Assembly: GCA_963827785.1 (NCBI GenBank)
Contig: CAWHCT010000020.1
Coordinates: 180,129-244,128, forward strand
DNA length: 64,000 bases
Direction: 5' to 3'
Source: an uncultured Flavobacteriaceae bacterium
GTDB taxonomy: Bacteria > Bacteroidota > Bacteroidia > Flavobacteriales > Flavobacteriaceae
The position numbers were made by a program, and so were the translations under genes. Under the pieces are notes generated by a model that saw only the letters and a program-made list of their open reading frames with translations, had not been told where the DNA came from and searched no databases. How positions within the stretch are numbered: the first letter of the stretch is position 1; every line of letters starts with the position of its first letter. Below are positions 50,021 to 59,273 of the stretch, in pieces.

Positions 50021-51256
50021 ATGAATTTAAAAATTAACAGATCATCTTTAAAAGGTCACCCTCCTACAATACAAATAACCGGATCTAAAAGCGAATCAAA
50101 CAGGTTATTGTTATTGAAGGCATTAATTCCTGGGATTGGATTTAAAAATCTTTCGAATTCGGATGATTCTCAATTGATGCAAAAAGCGCTGCAATCGAAA
50201 GAAGAGTTTATTGATATACATCACGCAGGTACTGCAATGCGTTTTTTAACCGCTTATTTTTCAATTCAGGTGAATCGAGAAATAATTCTGACAGGTTCAA
50301 AAAGGATGAAGGAAAGGCCAATCAAAATTTTGGTGGACGCCTTAACTGAATTGGGAGCTGACATTGAATATGTTGAAAAGAAAGGGTATCCGCCTTTAAA
50401 AATAAAAGGCAAGGATTTAAATGGAGGTCAGATTTCTTTAAATGCCAATGTGAGTAGTCAATATATTTCTGCATTACTTTTGATTGCTCCAAAGTTAAAG
50501 AATGGAATAGAATTGAGATTGAATGGTGACATTACGTCCACTCCATACATTAAAATGACTTTAAATTTGTTGAACCAGATCGGTGTTAAAACATCTTTTG
50601 AGGAAAACATTATTCGTGTAAAATCATTAAATAAAGAGGTTGATGACATTACTTTGGTTGTAGAATCTGATTGGTCATCGGCTTCTTATTTTTATAGTTT
50701 TGTCGCTTTAAGTGATGTTGGAACAGAATTAATTCTTTCTTCATTTAAGCAAAAAAGCCTGCAAGGTGATTTTGTTTTGTCTACTATTTACAAAAAGTTT
50801 GGAGTTGATACTAAATTTCTTGATAATTCAATAGTTATTCATAAAACTAAAACAATGGATTCCAATTCAATAATAGATTTAGATCTTTCCAATGCTCCTG
50901 ATATAGCTCAAACTATATCAGTGACCTGTCTGGGTCTTGGATTGGAATGTAAATTAAGCGGGTTACACACTTTAAAAATAAAAGAAACGGATAGGCTTTT
51001 AGCCCTTAAAACAGAAATAGAGAAGTTAGGTGGACAGATAAAAATAACGGATACATCTCTTCAGCTATTTAAAACACAATCATTAAGAGAAAATATATCG
51101 ATAAACACATACAATGATCACAGAATGGCTATGTCTTTTGCCCCTTTGGCAGTTAAGACATCCTTGGTAATAAAAGATGCCAATGTTGTATCCAAATCTT
51201 ATCCTGATTTCTGGAGAGACCTTGCTGCCATTGGTGTTACAATAAAAAAACAATAA
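50021..51256 (+). CDS. aroA: 3-phosphoshikimate 1-carboxyvinyltransferase
   Basis: 411 aa. Motifs GSKSESNRLLLL, HHAGTAMRFL and NDHRMAMSFAPLA. Confidence 0.9.
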   Translation: MNLKINRSSLKGHPPTIQITGSKSESNRLLLLKALIPGIGFKNLSNSDDSQLMQKALQSKEEFIDIHHAGTAMRFLTAYFSIQVNREIILTGSKRMKERPIKILVDALTELGADIEYVEKKGYPPLKIKGKDLNGGQISLNANVSSQYISALLLIAPKLKNGIELRLNGDITSTPYIKMTLNLLNQIGVKTSFEENIIRVKSLNKEVDDITLVVESDWSSASYFYSFVALSDVGTELILSSFKQKSLQGDFVLSTIYKKFGVDTKFLDNSIVIHKTKTMDSNSIIDLDLSNAPDIAQTISVTCLGLGLECKLSGLHTLKIKETDRLLALKTEIEKLGGQIKITDTSLQLFKTQSLRENISINTYNDHRMAMSFAPLAVKTSLVIKDANVVSKSYPDFWRDLAAIGVTIKKQ

Positions 51257-51328
51257 TAGTTCGTTAAAAACTTGACAACGACTAGTAGTAGATTGTATAT
51301 TAGCGACTTGGAAAATATGACTTATAAA

Positions 51329-52378
51329 ATGAAATTATCGCACTTCAGCTTTAATCTCCCGGAGGAGTTATTAGCTGAATATCCTGCTGAAAACAGAGAT
51401 GAATCAAGATTAATGGTTCTAAACAGAAAGGACCAAACTATCGAACATAAACATTTTAAGGATATCATTGACTATTTTGATGAAAATGACGTCATGATAC
51501 TTAACAATACCAAGGTGTTTCCTGCAAGATTATTTGGTAATAAAGAAAAGACAGGTGCCAGAATTGAAGTGTTTTTGTTAAGGGAGTTGAGCCAGGACCA
51601 ACGTTTATGGGATGTATTGGTGGATCCTGCAAGAAAGATAAGAATTGGTAATAAATTATATTTTGGAGAGGATGAAACCCTTGTGGCAGAGGTTATAGAC
51701 AATACGACCTCAAGAGGGAGAACCTTACGTTTTTTATATGATGGGTCTTATGATGAGTTCAGAAGAAAATTGACTGAATTAGGTGAGACACCGCTTCCAA
51801 AATATATTAAAAGAGAAGTAACACCCGAAGATGAAGATCGTTACCAGACGATTTATGCAAAAAATGAAGGGGCAGTTGCTGCGCCAACAGCTGGACTTCA
51901 TTTCTCGAAGCATCTTTTAAAACGGCTGGAAATCAAGGGCGTGCATTTGGCAGAAGTCACCTTACATGTAGGATTGGGAACCTTTAATCCTGTTGAAGTG
52001 GAAGATCTTTCAAAACATAAAATGGATAGTGAAGAAATTTATATTGATTCCAAGGCTGTTGATATTGTAAACGAAGGAATTGCTAACAGAAAACGAATTT
52101 GTGCGGTTGGAACAACGGTTATGAGGGCAATTGAAAGTGCTGTTTCTTCTGATGGTACACTTAATGAATTCGGTGGTTGGTCTAATAAATTCATTTTTCC
52201 TCCTTATGAGTTTAGCATTGCTAATTGCATGATTACTAACTTCCATACTCCAAAATCAACATTATTAATGATGGCATCAGCTTTTGCAGGTCATGATTTC
52301 CTTAAAAAAGCTTATGACGAAGCAGTAAAAGAGAAATATAAATTCTATAGTTATGGTGATGCCATGCTAATCATATAA
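51329..52378 (+). CDS. queA: tRNA preQ1(34) S-adenosylmethionine ribosyltransferase-isomerase
   Basis: Start moved to [19 protein letters not shown]. Contains AAPTAGLHF and [10 protein letters not shown] motifs. Confidence 0.9.
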   Translation: MKLSHFSFNLPEELLAEYPAENRDESRLMVLNRKDQTIEHKHFKDIIDYFDENDVMILNNTKVFPARLFGNKEKTGARIEVFLLRELSQDQRLWDVLVDPARKIRIGNKLYFGEDETLVAEVIDNTTSRGRTLRFLYDGSYDEFRRKLTELGETPLPKYIKREVTPEDEDRYQTIYAKNEGAVAAPTAGLHFSKHLLKRLEIKGVHLAEVTLHVGLGTFNPVEVEDLSKHKMDSEEIYIDSKAVDIVNEGIANRKRICAVGTTVMRAIESAVSSDGTLNEFGGWSNKFIFPPYEFSIANCMITNFHTPKSTLLMMASAFAGHDFLKKAYDEAVKEKYKFYSYGDAMLII

Positions 52379-52445
52379 ATCTTTCCCGTGCCGATAATTA
52401 TCGAGAGCTATCGGGATGATTTCAATATCCAATAAATCTATAACT

Positions 52446-52473
52446 AAAAGTCTCGGTTTTTCGAGGCTTTTTT
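52446..52473 (+). terminator. rho-independent terminator after queA
   Basis: gtctcg-gttttt-cgaggc stem (one G-U pair) followed by tttttt. Confidence 0.55.
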
Positions 52474-52482
52474 GACTAAAGA

Positions 52483-53523
52483 ATGTCAGTAAAAAAGAAA
52501 GACATAAGAGCACTTACCAAAGATCAATTAAGAGATTTCTTTTTAGATCAGGGTGATAAATCTTTCCGTGGAGATCAGGTGTATGAATGGCTATGGAATA
52601 AATCAGCCCATACTTTTGATGATATGACAAATATATCTAAAAGTACAAGGAATATGCTTGAAGATAATTTTGTCATTAACCATATTAAGGTAGATACCAT
52701 GCAGCGCAGTAATGATGGGACTATAAAAAATGCTGTAAGATTGCATGATGGTCTATTAGTTGAATCTGTTTTAATACCTTCTAAATCAAGAACAACGGCA
52801 TGTGTTTCCAGTCAGGTTGGTTGTAGTTTGAATTGCCGATTTTGCGCAACAGCTCGTTTAAAACAGATGCGAAATTTAAATCCAGATGAAATTTATGACC
52901 AGGTGGTCGCTATTGATAAACAAAGCAGGTTATATAATAACAGACCATTGAGCAATATTGTTTTCATGGGTATGGGAGAGCCTTTGATGAATTATAATAA
53001 TGTACTAAAAGCCATTGACAAAATAACTTCAAAAGAAGGGTTAGGAATGTCACCTAAGCGTATTACAGTTTCAACTTCAGGAGTCCCTAAAATGATAAAA
53101 AAGATGGCTGATGATGAGGTTAAATTCAATTTGGCGGTTTCCCTTCATTCCGCTATTGAAGAGGTAAGAACCTCCATAATGCCATTTAACGCAACCTTTC
53201 CTTTATCCGATTTAAGAGAAGCCTTAGAATATTGGTATGAAAAGACCAAAAACAGAATTACTTATGAGTATGTGGTTTGGAAAGGAATCAACGACACAAA
53301 AGAAGCCGTTGAAGCTTTGATACAGTTCTGTAAATTTGCACCGAGTAAAGTCAACCTGATCGAATACAACCCAATTGATGATGGTGAATTTCAACAAGCC
53401 AGTGGCAAGGCCATTAAAATGTATGTTGACATGTTAGAGAAAAGAAATATAATTGTTACGATACGTCGGTCCAGAGGTAAAGATATAGATGCTGCCTGTG
53501 GGCAGTTAGCTAATAAAAGTTAA
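52483..53523 (+). CDS. rlmN: 23S rRNA/tRNA (adenine-C2)-methyltransferase, radical SAM
   Basis: 346 aa. CSLNCRFCAT (CxxxCxxC) and a C-terminal DIDAACGQL motif. Confidence 0.92.
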   Translation: MSVKKKDIRALTKDQLRDFFLDQGDKSFRGDQVYEWLWNKSAHTFDDMTNISKSTRNMLEDNFVINHIKVDTMQRSNDGTIKNAVRLHDGLLVESVLIPSKSRTTACVSSQVGCSLNCRFCATARLKQMRNLNPDEIYDQVVAIDKQSRLYNNRPLSNIVFMGMGEPLMNYNNVLKAIDKITSKEGLGMSPKRITVSTSGVPKMIKKMADDEVKFNLAVSLHSAIEEVRTSIMPFNATFPLSDLREALEYWYEKTKNRITYEYVVWKGINDTKEAVEALIQFCKFAPSKVNLIEYNPIDDGEFQQASGKAIKMYVDMLEKRNIIVTIRRSRGKDIDAACGQLANKS

Positions 53524-53557
53524 AAAAAAAGAGCTGTGATAAACAGCTCTTTTTTTA
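53524..53557. terminator. bidirectional rho-independent terminator
   Basis: aaaaaaagagctgt-gataa-acagctcttttttt, between convergent genes. Confidence 0.85.
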
Positions 53558-53565
53558 TTTGAAGT

Positions 53566-54832
53566 TTATTGTTTCAATAATTTAGTTGTCATAGTTGATT
53601 GAGATGATGACACTCTTATAATATAAATACCATCTAATAAATTGGAAAGATTTATTTTTTCAATCTGTTTTGAAAGCTGTCGATTCAATACTTTTTGCCC
53701 AAGAATATCATAAATTTCAATTCTATCAAGTGGTATGCTGTTTGAATTAAGAGTAAGAACGTCATTACGTTTATCATATGAGTTAGTGATACCATCCAAA
53801 TTAAATTCTGAAACCCCAAGGGTATTATCAGTTATTGAAAAATCAAAAAGTAACAAGGAGCCAGTATTGGCCGCCGATGTTGCATTAAATGCTAAATAAT
53901 AGCTTCCCGAAGCAGTTGATAAATAAGAAACAGATTCTGAATAAGCATTGGCTTCTGCCTGAGCATAAATACCGCCATTTAATATAATTCCTGTATCAGA
54001 AAATAAAGTTGTTAGAACATTTGCTCCAGATGACGAATCATCTGTAAAATAAACGTCAAGATTTTCATCAGCCGTAAATGATCCATTAGCACCATTATAT
54101 TTAAAATTTATTGTGTATTCATGTCCCGAGATTAAATTAACAGGTGTAGAAAATAACCAATCATCTTTAGCATTGTTATCATTTGAACCATTGGTAGCAA
54201 AGTCTTCATCAGGTCCAGATCCATCTATATTATCAATAATCTGCTTAAAACTTGTTCCATTGGAATCGACATCTTCCAATGTCAAGCAAGCGACAAATGA
54301 ATTCGGGTCATCAAAATCTTCATTTACCGGTAAAGTGCCATTAGTGCAACTTACTGCCGATTCAGTCAAAGTAAAATCAAACCCATCAGAACTCCAACGG
54401 TTATCCCATGCTATATAATACGTCGTTCCACTAGAAACCGGGAATGTTGCCTCAGAAGTTTTTATCCCACCAAAAACATCGGCATCATCGTTCCCTGCTA
54501 AACAAGCCAATGTGCTGCAGGTTCCTGTGTAAACATGAAATCTTGTATCAGTATTTGAGTTTTGCGGTAAACTACTGGAAACCGTTGCAACTCCATCAAC
54601 GCCTGAGGTGTATTGAAACCATCTTCCAGCATGTTCTTAACCCACCAGAATTTTCAGCACATTCCGGATTGGGCACTTGACTATCTGGAGTGCCAAAAAT
54701 CGAAGGCATTTCGATTACAGTAAAAGTACCAGGACTTATTATTTGCGCATTTGCACATGAAAGTTGTTCTTGAGCATTTAATTGGAAATTTACTAAAAGT
54801 AAACCTATAAGTAAAGTAGATATAATTTTCAT
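53566..54832 (-). pseudogene. T9SS-sorted secreted protein, single frame change near 54622-54636
   Basis: The signal peptide segment MKIISTLLIGLLLVNFQLNAQ…CAENSGG is in one frame. The segment WFQYTSGVDGVATVSS…TGTCSTLACLAGNDD… is in the next. The C-terminus IEIYDILGQKV…GIYIIRV is a Por/T9SS sorting domain. Confidence 0.7.
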
Positions 54833-54900
54833 TTTGAGGTGTTTAAGAGCAAAAATATACAAAATTTTTGTATGTATAATTTTTTTACCTTTGAAATGCA

Positions 54901-55879
54901 ATGAAAATCGTTGAACGGATAAAAGAACCAATTGATTTTGAAATGGAACTTTTCGAGAAAAAGTTTCAACTATCCATGTCCAGTAAAGTGGCCTTGCTTA
55001 ATAGAATTACCCACTATTTAGTAAATAGAAAAGGAAAGCAAATGCGCCCAATGTTTGTGTTCCTTGTCGCCAAAATGGTTGCAAATGGTGAAATAAGTGA
55101 ACGTACCTATCGTGGAGCTTCTGTAATTGAGTTGATCCATACGGCAACATTAGTACATGATGATGTCGTGGATGATAGTAACAGGAGACGTGGCTTTTTC
55201 TCTATCAATGCATTATGGAAAAATAAGATTGCCGTTCTGGTTGGCGATTACTTATTGTCTAAAGGATTGCTTCTATCTATTGATAACAACGATTTTGATC
55301 TTCTTAAAATAATCTCTGTTGCGGTCAGGGAAATGAGTGAAGGAGAGCTTCTTCAAATAGAAAAGGCCAGAAAACTGGATATTACGGAAGCCGTTTATTA
55401 TGAAATTATCCGCCAAAAAACAGCAACACTTATTGCGGCTTGCTGCAGTTTGGGAGCTGCTTCAGTTAAACCTAATTCACCGGAAGTAGAAACTATGAGA
55501 AAATTTGGTGAACTCATTGGCATGGCCTTTCCAAATAAAGGATGATCTGTTTGACTACGGGGAGGAACAAATTGGCAAACCAACAGGAATTGACATTAAG
55601 GAACAGAAAATGACCTTACCATTGATTTATGTTCTAAATAAGGCGTCTAAAAAGGATAAATCCTGGTTGATCAACTCTATTAAGAATTATAACAAAGATT
55701 CAAAACGGGTTAAGGATGTTATTGCTTTTGTCATCAAAAATGGAGGATTGGATTATGCCATTAAAAAAATGGAAGAATTTCAACATGAAGCATTATTGAT
55801 GTTAAGTGAATTTCCAGATTCCGACTACAAAAATTCTCTGGAGATCATGGTCAATTACGTTATTGAAAGAAAAAAATAA
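54901..55879 (+). pseudogene. ispB: all-trans polyprenyl-diphosphate synthase, single +1 frame change at cc 55531-55532
   Basis: First DDxxD LVHDDVVDD. The sequence …GELIGMAF joins to QIKDDLFDYG (second DDxxD) after removing one C. Confidence 0.8.
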
Positions 55880-55934
55880 TTCCACACAGGCAACCTTTAC
55901 CTAATTTTTTGCGTCTATATAAATAGAAGACAAA

Positions 55935-56511
55935 ATGAATCCGCTTTTGAAAGTAATTCAACTGTTATAATAACGAAGAAAAGCTTATTAAAAAAGCTGT
56001 TAATAAGGATCGTAAGGCACAACATATTCTGTATAATATGTACGCTCCTAAAATGCTGAGTGTTTGCCGATATTATATTAGTGATATGCAGTATGCCGAA
56101 GATGTTTTGCTGGAAGGATTCTTCAAAGTATTTTCTAAATTGAACAGCTTTAAAAGTGAAGGAAGTTTTGAAGGGTGGATACGACGGATTGTAGTAAGGG
56201 AATGTATTTCTTTTTTAAGAAGACAAAAGAATTTGGAGTTTTCTATGGAAGAAGTTGATGTCAATAATAGTTTTGAAAGTTTGATTGATACGGAATTAGA
56301 GGTTGATGAAATTCAACAACTTATTGATGGGCTCCCTGAAGGTTACAAAATAGTCTTTAACATGTATGCCATTGAAGGGTATAAGCATAATGAAATTGCT
56401 GAACTTTTGAATATAACTGAAGGGACTTCTAAATCGCAATTATTCAAAGCACGAAAAATGCTTCAGCAAAAAATCAATGAATTAAATAGCACAAGCTATG
56501 GCACAAAATAA
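55935..56511 (+). pseudogene. ECF-type RNA polymerase sigma-70 factor, N-terminal frame change near 55963-55967
   Basis: MNPLLKVIQL is in frame 0, then YNNEEKLIKKAVNKDRKAQHILYNMYAPKM… in frame +1. There is no ATG in the extended frame upstream of 56038. Regions 2 and 4 are recognisable. Confidence 0.7.
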
Positions 56512-57268
56512 ATTTGAACAACATATAAAAGACAAGCTTGAAAATAGAAGGATTGAACCATCTGACAAAGCATGGAGTAAGTTGTCTGAAAAATTAGATG
56601 AGTATGAAAGTAAGTCGAATAATAAGATCATTTGGTGGCTCGGTATCGCAGCCAGTTTAGCAGGGGTATTATTAATAACAAACTTATTTTTAAAAACCGG
56701 TGATAGTGAAACTGTTTTACCAACTCTGGTTGAAACACCTGCTGAGAACTCAGTTGAAATAAAAGTAACACCTGCTAAGGAAATTGAAGATCATAAAGTT
56801 GAAGATTTATTAAAAACTGAAGTTATCTCAGAAGCTAAATCAACCGTTTCAAATCAACCCACAACGAAAAGTCGAAATATTCTCAAAAAGAGTCGCAATC
56901 CTATTTTGAATAGGAATTCTCTTGCAGAAAAGGCATTAGAGAATTCTCAACTTGAAAATGATGTTCCACAGGATTCAGAATTAATAGTGAATGAGCAAAT
57001 TATCAATGGAGCCTTAGCGGAAAACACTGAGGTACATGACAAACAGAACATAGTAACTGATTCTGAGATCGAATTGCTTTTGCAGCAGGCTCAAAAAGAT
57101 TTGACAATAAACAAAATCGAAATGGATAATATGTCAAAGGTTAGTGCCAGTTCCTTATTGCAAGACGTGGAAACCGACCTGGATGAATCGTTCAGGGATA
57201 AAATTTTTACAACCATTGTTTCTGGATACAATGTGATAGTAACTGCCGTTGCGGAGCGTAACAACTAA
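56498..57268 (+). CDS. putative anti-sigma factor (single-pass membrane protein)
   Basis: 256 aa. Overlaps the sigma gene stop. One TM segment, IIWWLGIAASLAGVLLITNLFL. Confidence 0.6.
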   Translation: MAQNKFEQHIKDKLENRRIEPSDKAWSKLSEKLDEYESKSNNKIIWWLGIAASLAGVLLITNLFLKTGDSETVLPTLVETPAENSVEIKVTPAKEIEDHKVEDLLKTEVISEAKSTVSNQPTTKSRNILKKSRNPILNRNSLAEKALENSQLENDVPQDSELIVNEQIINGALAENTEVHDKQNIVTDSEIELLLQQAQKDLTINKIEMDNMSKVSASSLLQDVETDLDESFRDKIFTTIVSGYNVIVTAVAERNN

Positions 57269-57296
57269 GAAATCATCAATTAAAAAACGAACAATT

Positions 57297-58421
57297 ATGA
57301 AATCAAAGATTCAAGAACACAAAATCATCAATGGTATTGGTGTGAGTAAAACAATTACCAGGTATTTAACACTCATCATGTTAAGCCTAATTGTGCAAAT
57401 CAGCACAGCACAGGAAACAACTATTAAGGAAGATCAGATCAAATCACTGGAAACTAAGAAAGAAACAGTAAGGTCTCAGGAGAAGGAGCAATTAAAAGCT
57501 GAAGTTGAAGCTATTAATTTTCGGTTGGAAAAAGGAGAAATTTCAACTGAAGAAGCAGAAGTGCTTAAGAAAAAGTACGCCGAAAAAAGAGCATTGAACA
57601 TAGAAAACAAAATAGCTATTATTGATAATAAGATTGAACTTTTAAAACGTAATGAGTATGGTTATGAGGCATATGTTAATGGCAGTGGAATTAATTACAT
57701 GAGAATTGGTAGTGGCGAAGAGACCAATGATGATTTTATTTTTATTGGTAACAAGGAAGATGACAAGCCAAGAAAGTATGATAGGCGCACTACTAATGAC
57801 CTTGTATTGGCTTTTGGATTGAACAATGCACTTATTGATGGTGAAAAACTGGACGATTCGCCTTATAAATTTGGAGGTTCACGATTTTTTGAAATTGGTT
57901 GGGCTTGGAAAACCAGAGTGTTTGACGAATCAAATTTTCTAAGATTAAAATACGGATTTTCATTTCAAATGAATGGATTAAAACCTAAGGACAATCAATA
58001 TTTTGTGCAGGATAATGACTTAACATATCTAGAGGAATTCCCGACCGATCTTAAAAAGTCCAAACTCACAATTACTAATCTGGTATTTCCTGTTCATTTC
58101 GAATTTGGACCATCCAAAAAAATAGAAAAGGACACTTATTTCAGGTATACCACACGCAATCAGTTTAAAGTAGGATTGGGTGGTTATGCCGGATTTAATA
58201 TAGGGACAAGACAAAAATTAAAATACGAAATTGATGGCAATCGCGTCAAGGATAAAATAAAACGAAGTTATAATACCAGTGATTTGGTTTACGGCTTAAG
58301 TGGTTATGTTGCTTTTGATGACATTGCATTGTACGTTAAATACGACTTGTCTCCAATCTTTAATGATCAGGTCATCGACCAGAATAATATCTCACTGGGT
58401 TTACGATTTGATATGGATTAA
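57297..58421 (+). CDS. hypothetical outer-membrane protein (coiled-coil N-terminus, beta-barrel-like C-terminus)
   Basis: Start moved to MKSKIQEHK…. Signal sequence …LIVQISTAQE. Alternating beta-strand pattern with a C-terminal …ISLGLRFDMD. Confidence 0.55.
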   Translation: MKSKIQEHKIINGIGVSKTITRYLTLIMLSLIVQISTAQETTIKEDQIKSLETKKETVRSQEKEQLKAEVEAINFRLEKGEISTEEAEVLKKKYAEKRALNIENKIAIIDNKIELLKRNEYGYEAYVNGSGINYMRIGSGEETNDDFIFIGNKEDDKPRKYDRRTTNDLVLAFGLNNALIDGEKLDDSPYKFGGSRFFEIGWAWKTRVFDESNFLRLKYGFSFQMNGLKPKDNQYFVQDNDLTYLEEFPTDLKKSKLTITNLVFPVHFEFGPSKKIEKDTYFRYTTRNQFKVGLGGYAGFNIGTRQKLKYEIDGNRVKDKIKRSYNTSDLVYGLSGYVAFDDIALYVKYDLSPIFNDQVIDQNNISLGLRFDMD

Positions 58422-58438
58422 ATAAAACTTTAGTAATC

Positions 58439-58468
58439 AAAAAAGGCTTCAATTTTGAAGCCTTTTTT
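58439..58468. terminator. bidirectional rho-independent terminator
   Basis: aaaaaaggcttca-attt-tgaagcctttttt. Confidence 0.85.
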
Positions 58469-58497
58469 ATTAAAATCATATAAATCTATTACCTGTT

Positions 58498-58721
58498 TTA
58501 TTCTGATGCCGGTGGAACCATAGTATAGCCCCAAGGTTTTAAATAGGTCATTGGATCCATATAGACTTCTTCTGCTGTGGCAAGACCGTCTTCATTAAAA
58601 GTCAAAATAGTAAAACCATGTAATTCACTTAGTTCTTAATTTTATTGGCACTAAGTCTTCCAAATCTGAGTGTACTTTTACCGAGATATAATTTAACAGG
58701 AGATACATCAGGATTTGACAT
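58498..58721 (-). pseudogene. gene remnants: a 30-codon fragment homologous to the S15 peptidase at 61595-63433, then an out-of-frame NTF2/SnoaL-like C-terminal tail
   Basis: MSNPDVSPVKLYLGKSTLRFGRLSANKIKN (58629-58721) compares with PNPDASPVKLYLGKGAPTFGRLSPDKIKK in the full gene. The tail ELSELHGFTILTFNEDGLATAEEVYMDPMTYLKPWGY… spans 58498-58635. Confidence 0.6.
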
Positions 58722-58797
58722 TTATTTCTTAAATTGATGAGGGTTTTTACAGGTTGAAAAAAGCAGATTCAATCTAACAAATTAAAAATAGTAAAAG

Positions 58798-59262
58798 ATG
58801 AAACAGATTAATTTTACTCTAAATGGCAAGTCTATTTCTTTAGAAGTGGAAGGCCAAGAGTCTTTATTAACTATAATTAGATCATATTTGGAGCAAACAG
58901 GTACAAAATATGGCTGTGGCATTGGAGAATGTGGTGCATGTACAGTACTTATCGATAAAGAGCCTGTACGATCTTGTATGACACTAGCAGAGGATGTAGA
59001 AGGAAAAGAAGTTATATCGATAGAAGGATTAAGTACCGAAGGAGAATTGCACCCGCTTCAGACAGCATTTATTTCACATGATGCCTTGCAATGTGGTTTT
59101 TGCACTTCTGGAATGATTATGAATGCCTATGGTTTTCTATTGCAAAACCCAAATCCTAGCCGTGAAAAAATTATAGCAGGAATGGAAACCAATCTGTGCA
59201 GATGTGGTGCTTACAATCGTATAATAGATGCTATTCAAACAGCAGGAAAAGAATTGCTTTAA
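58798..59262 (+). CDS. (2Fe-2S)-binding small subunit of a molybdenum hydroxylase (IorA-like)
   Basis: 154 aa. Motifs CGIGECGAC and CGFCTSG…CRCG. Confidence 0.88.
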   Translation: MKQINFTLNGKSISLEVEGQESLLTIIRSYLEQTGTKYGCGIGECGACTVLIDKEPVRSCMTLAEDVEGKEVISIEGLSTEGELHPLQTAFISHDALQCGFCTSGMIMNAYGFLLQNPNPSREKIIAGMETNLCRCGAYNRIIDAIQTAGKELL

Positions 59263-59273
59263 AAAGAAAAATT

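Noticed and set aside
52384-52419. Hairpins sharing tcccg…ctatcgggat at 52384-52419 (after queA) and 61493-61512 (between the convergent hydroxylase and peptidase genes), as a possible second repeat family.
   Set aside because: There are only two copies with short shared arms and different loops. That is not enough evidence for a family. They may simply be weak terminator-like stems.
54113-54680. Plus-strand ORFs 54113-54418 and 54444-54680.
   Set aside because: They are antisense to the T9SS-sorted protein gene, whose frames show the signal peptide, a conserved Cys pattern and the C-terminal sorting domain.
59196-59273. N-terminal extensions in the ORF track (59196 for the Mo subunit, 31118 for cysD, 41385 for pheA, 51272 for queA, 9515 for the GNAT, 54931 for the T9SS protein, 57249 for the OMP and 38297 for PagL-like).
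   Set aside because: In each case an internal ATG gives a canonical N-terminus: a Tat signal, a signal peptide, or a family-typical start. The extension overlaps the upstream gene or a terminator.
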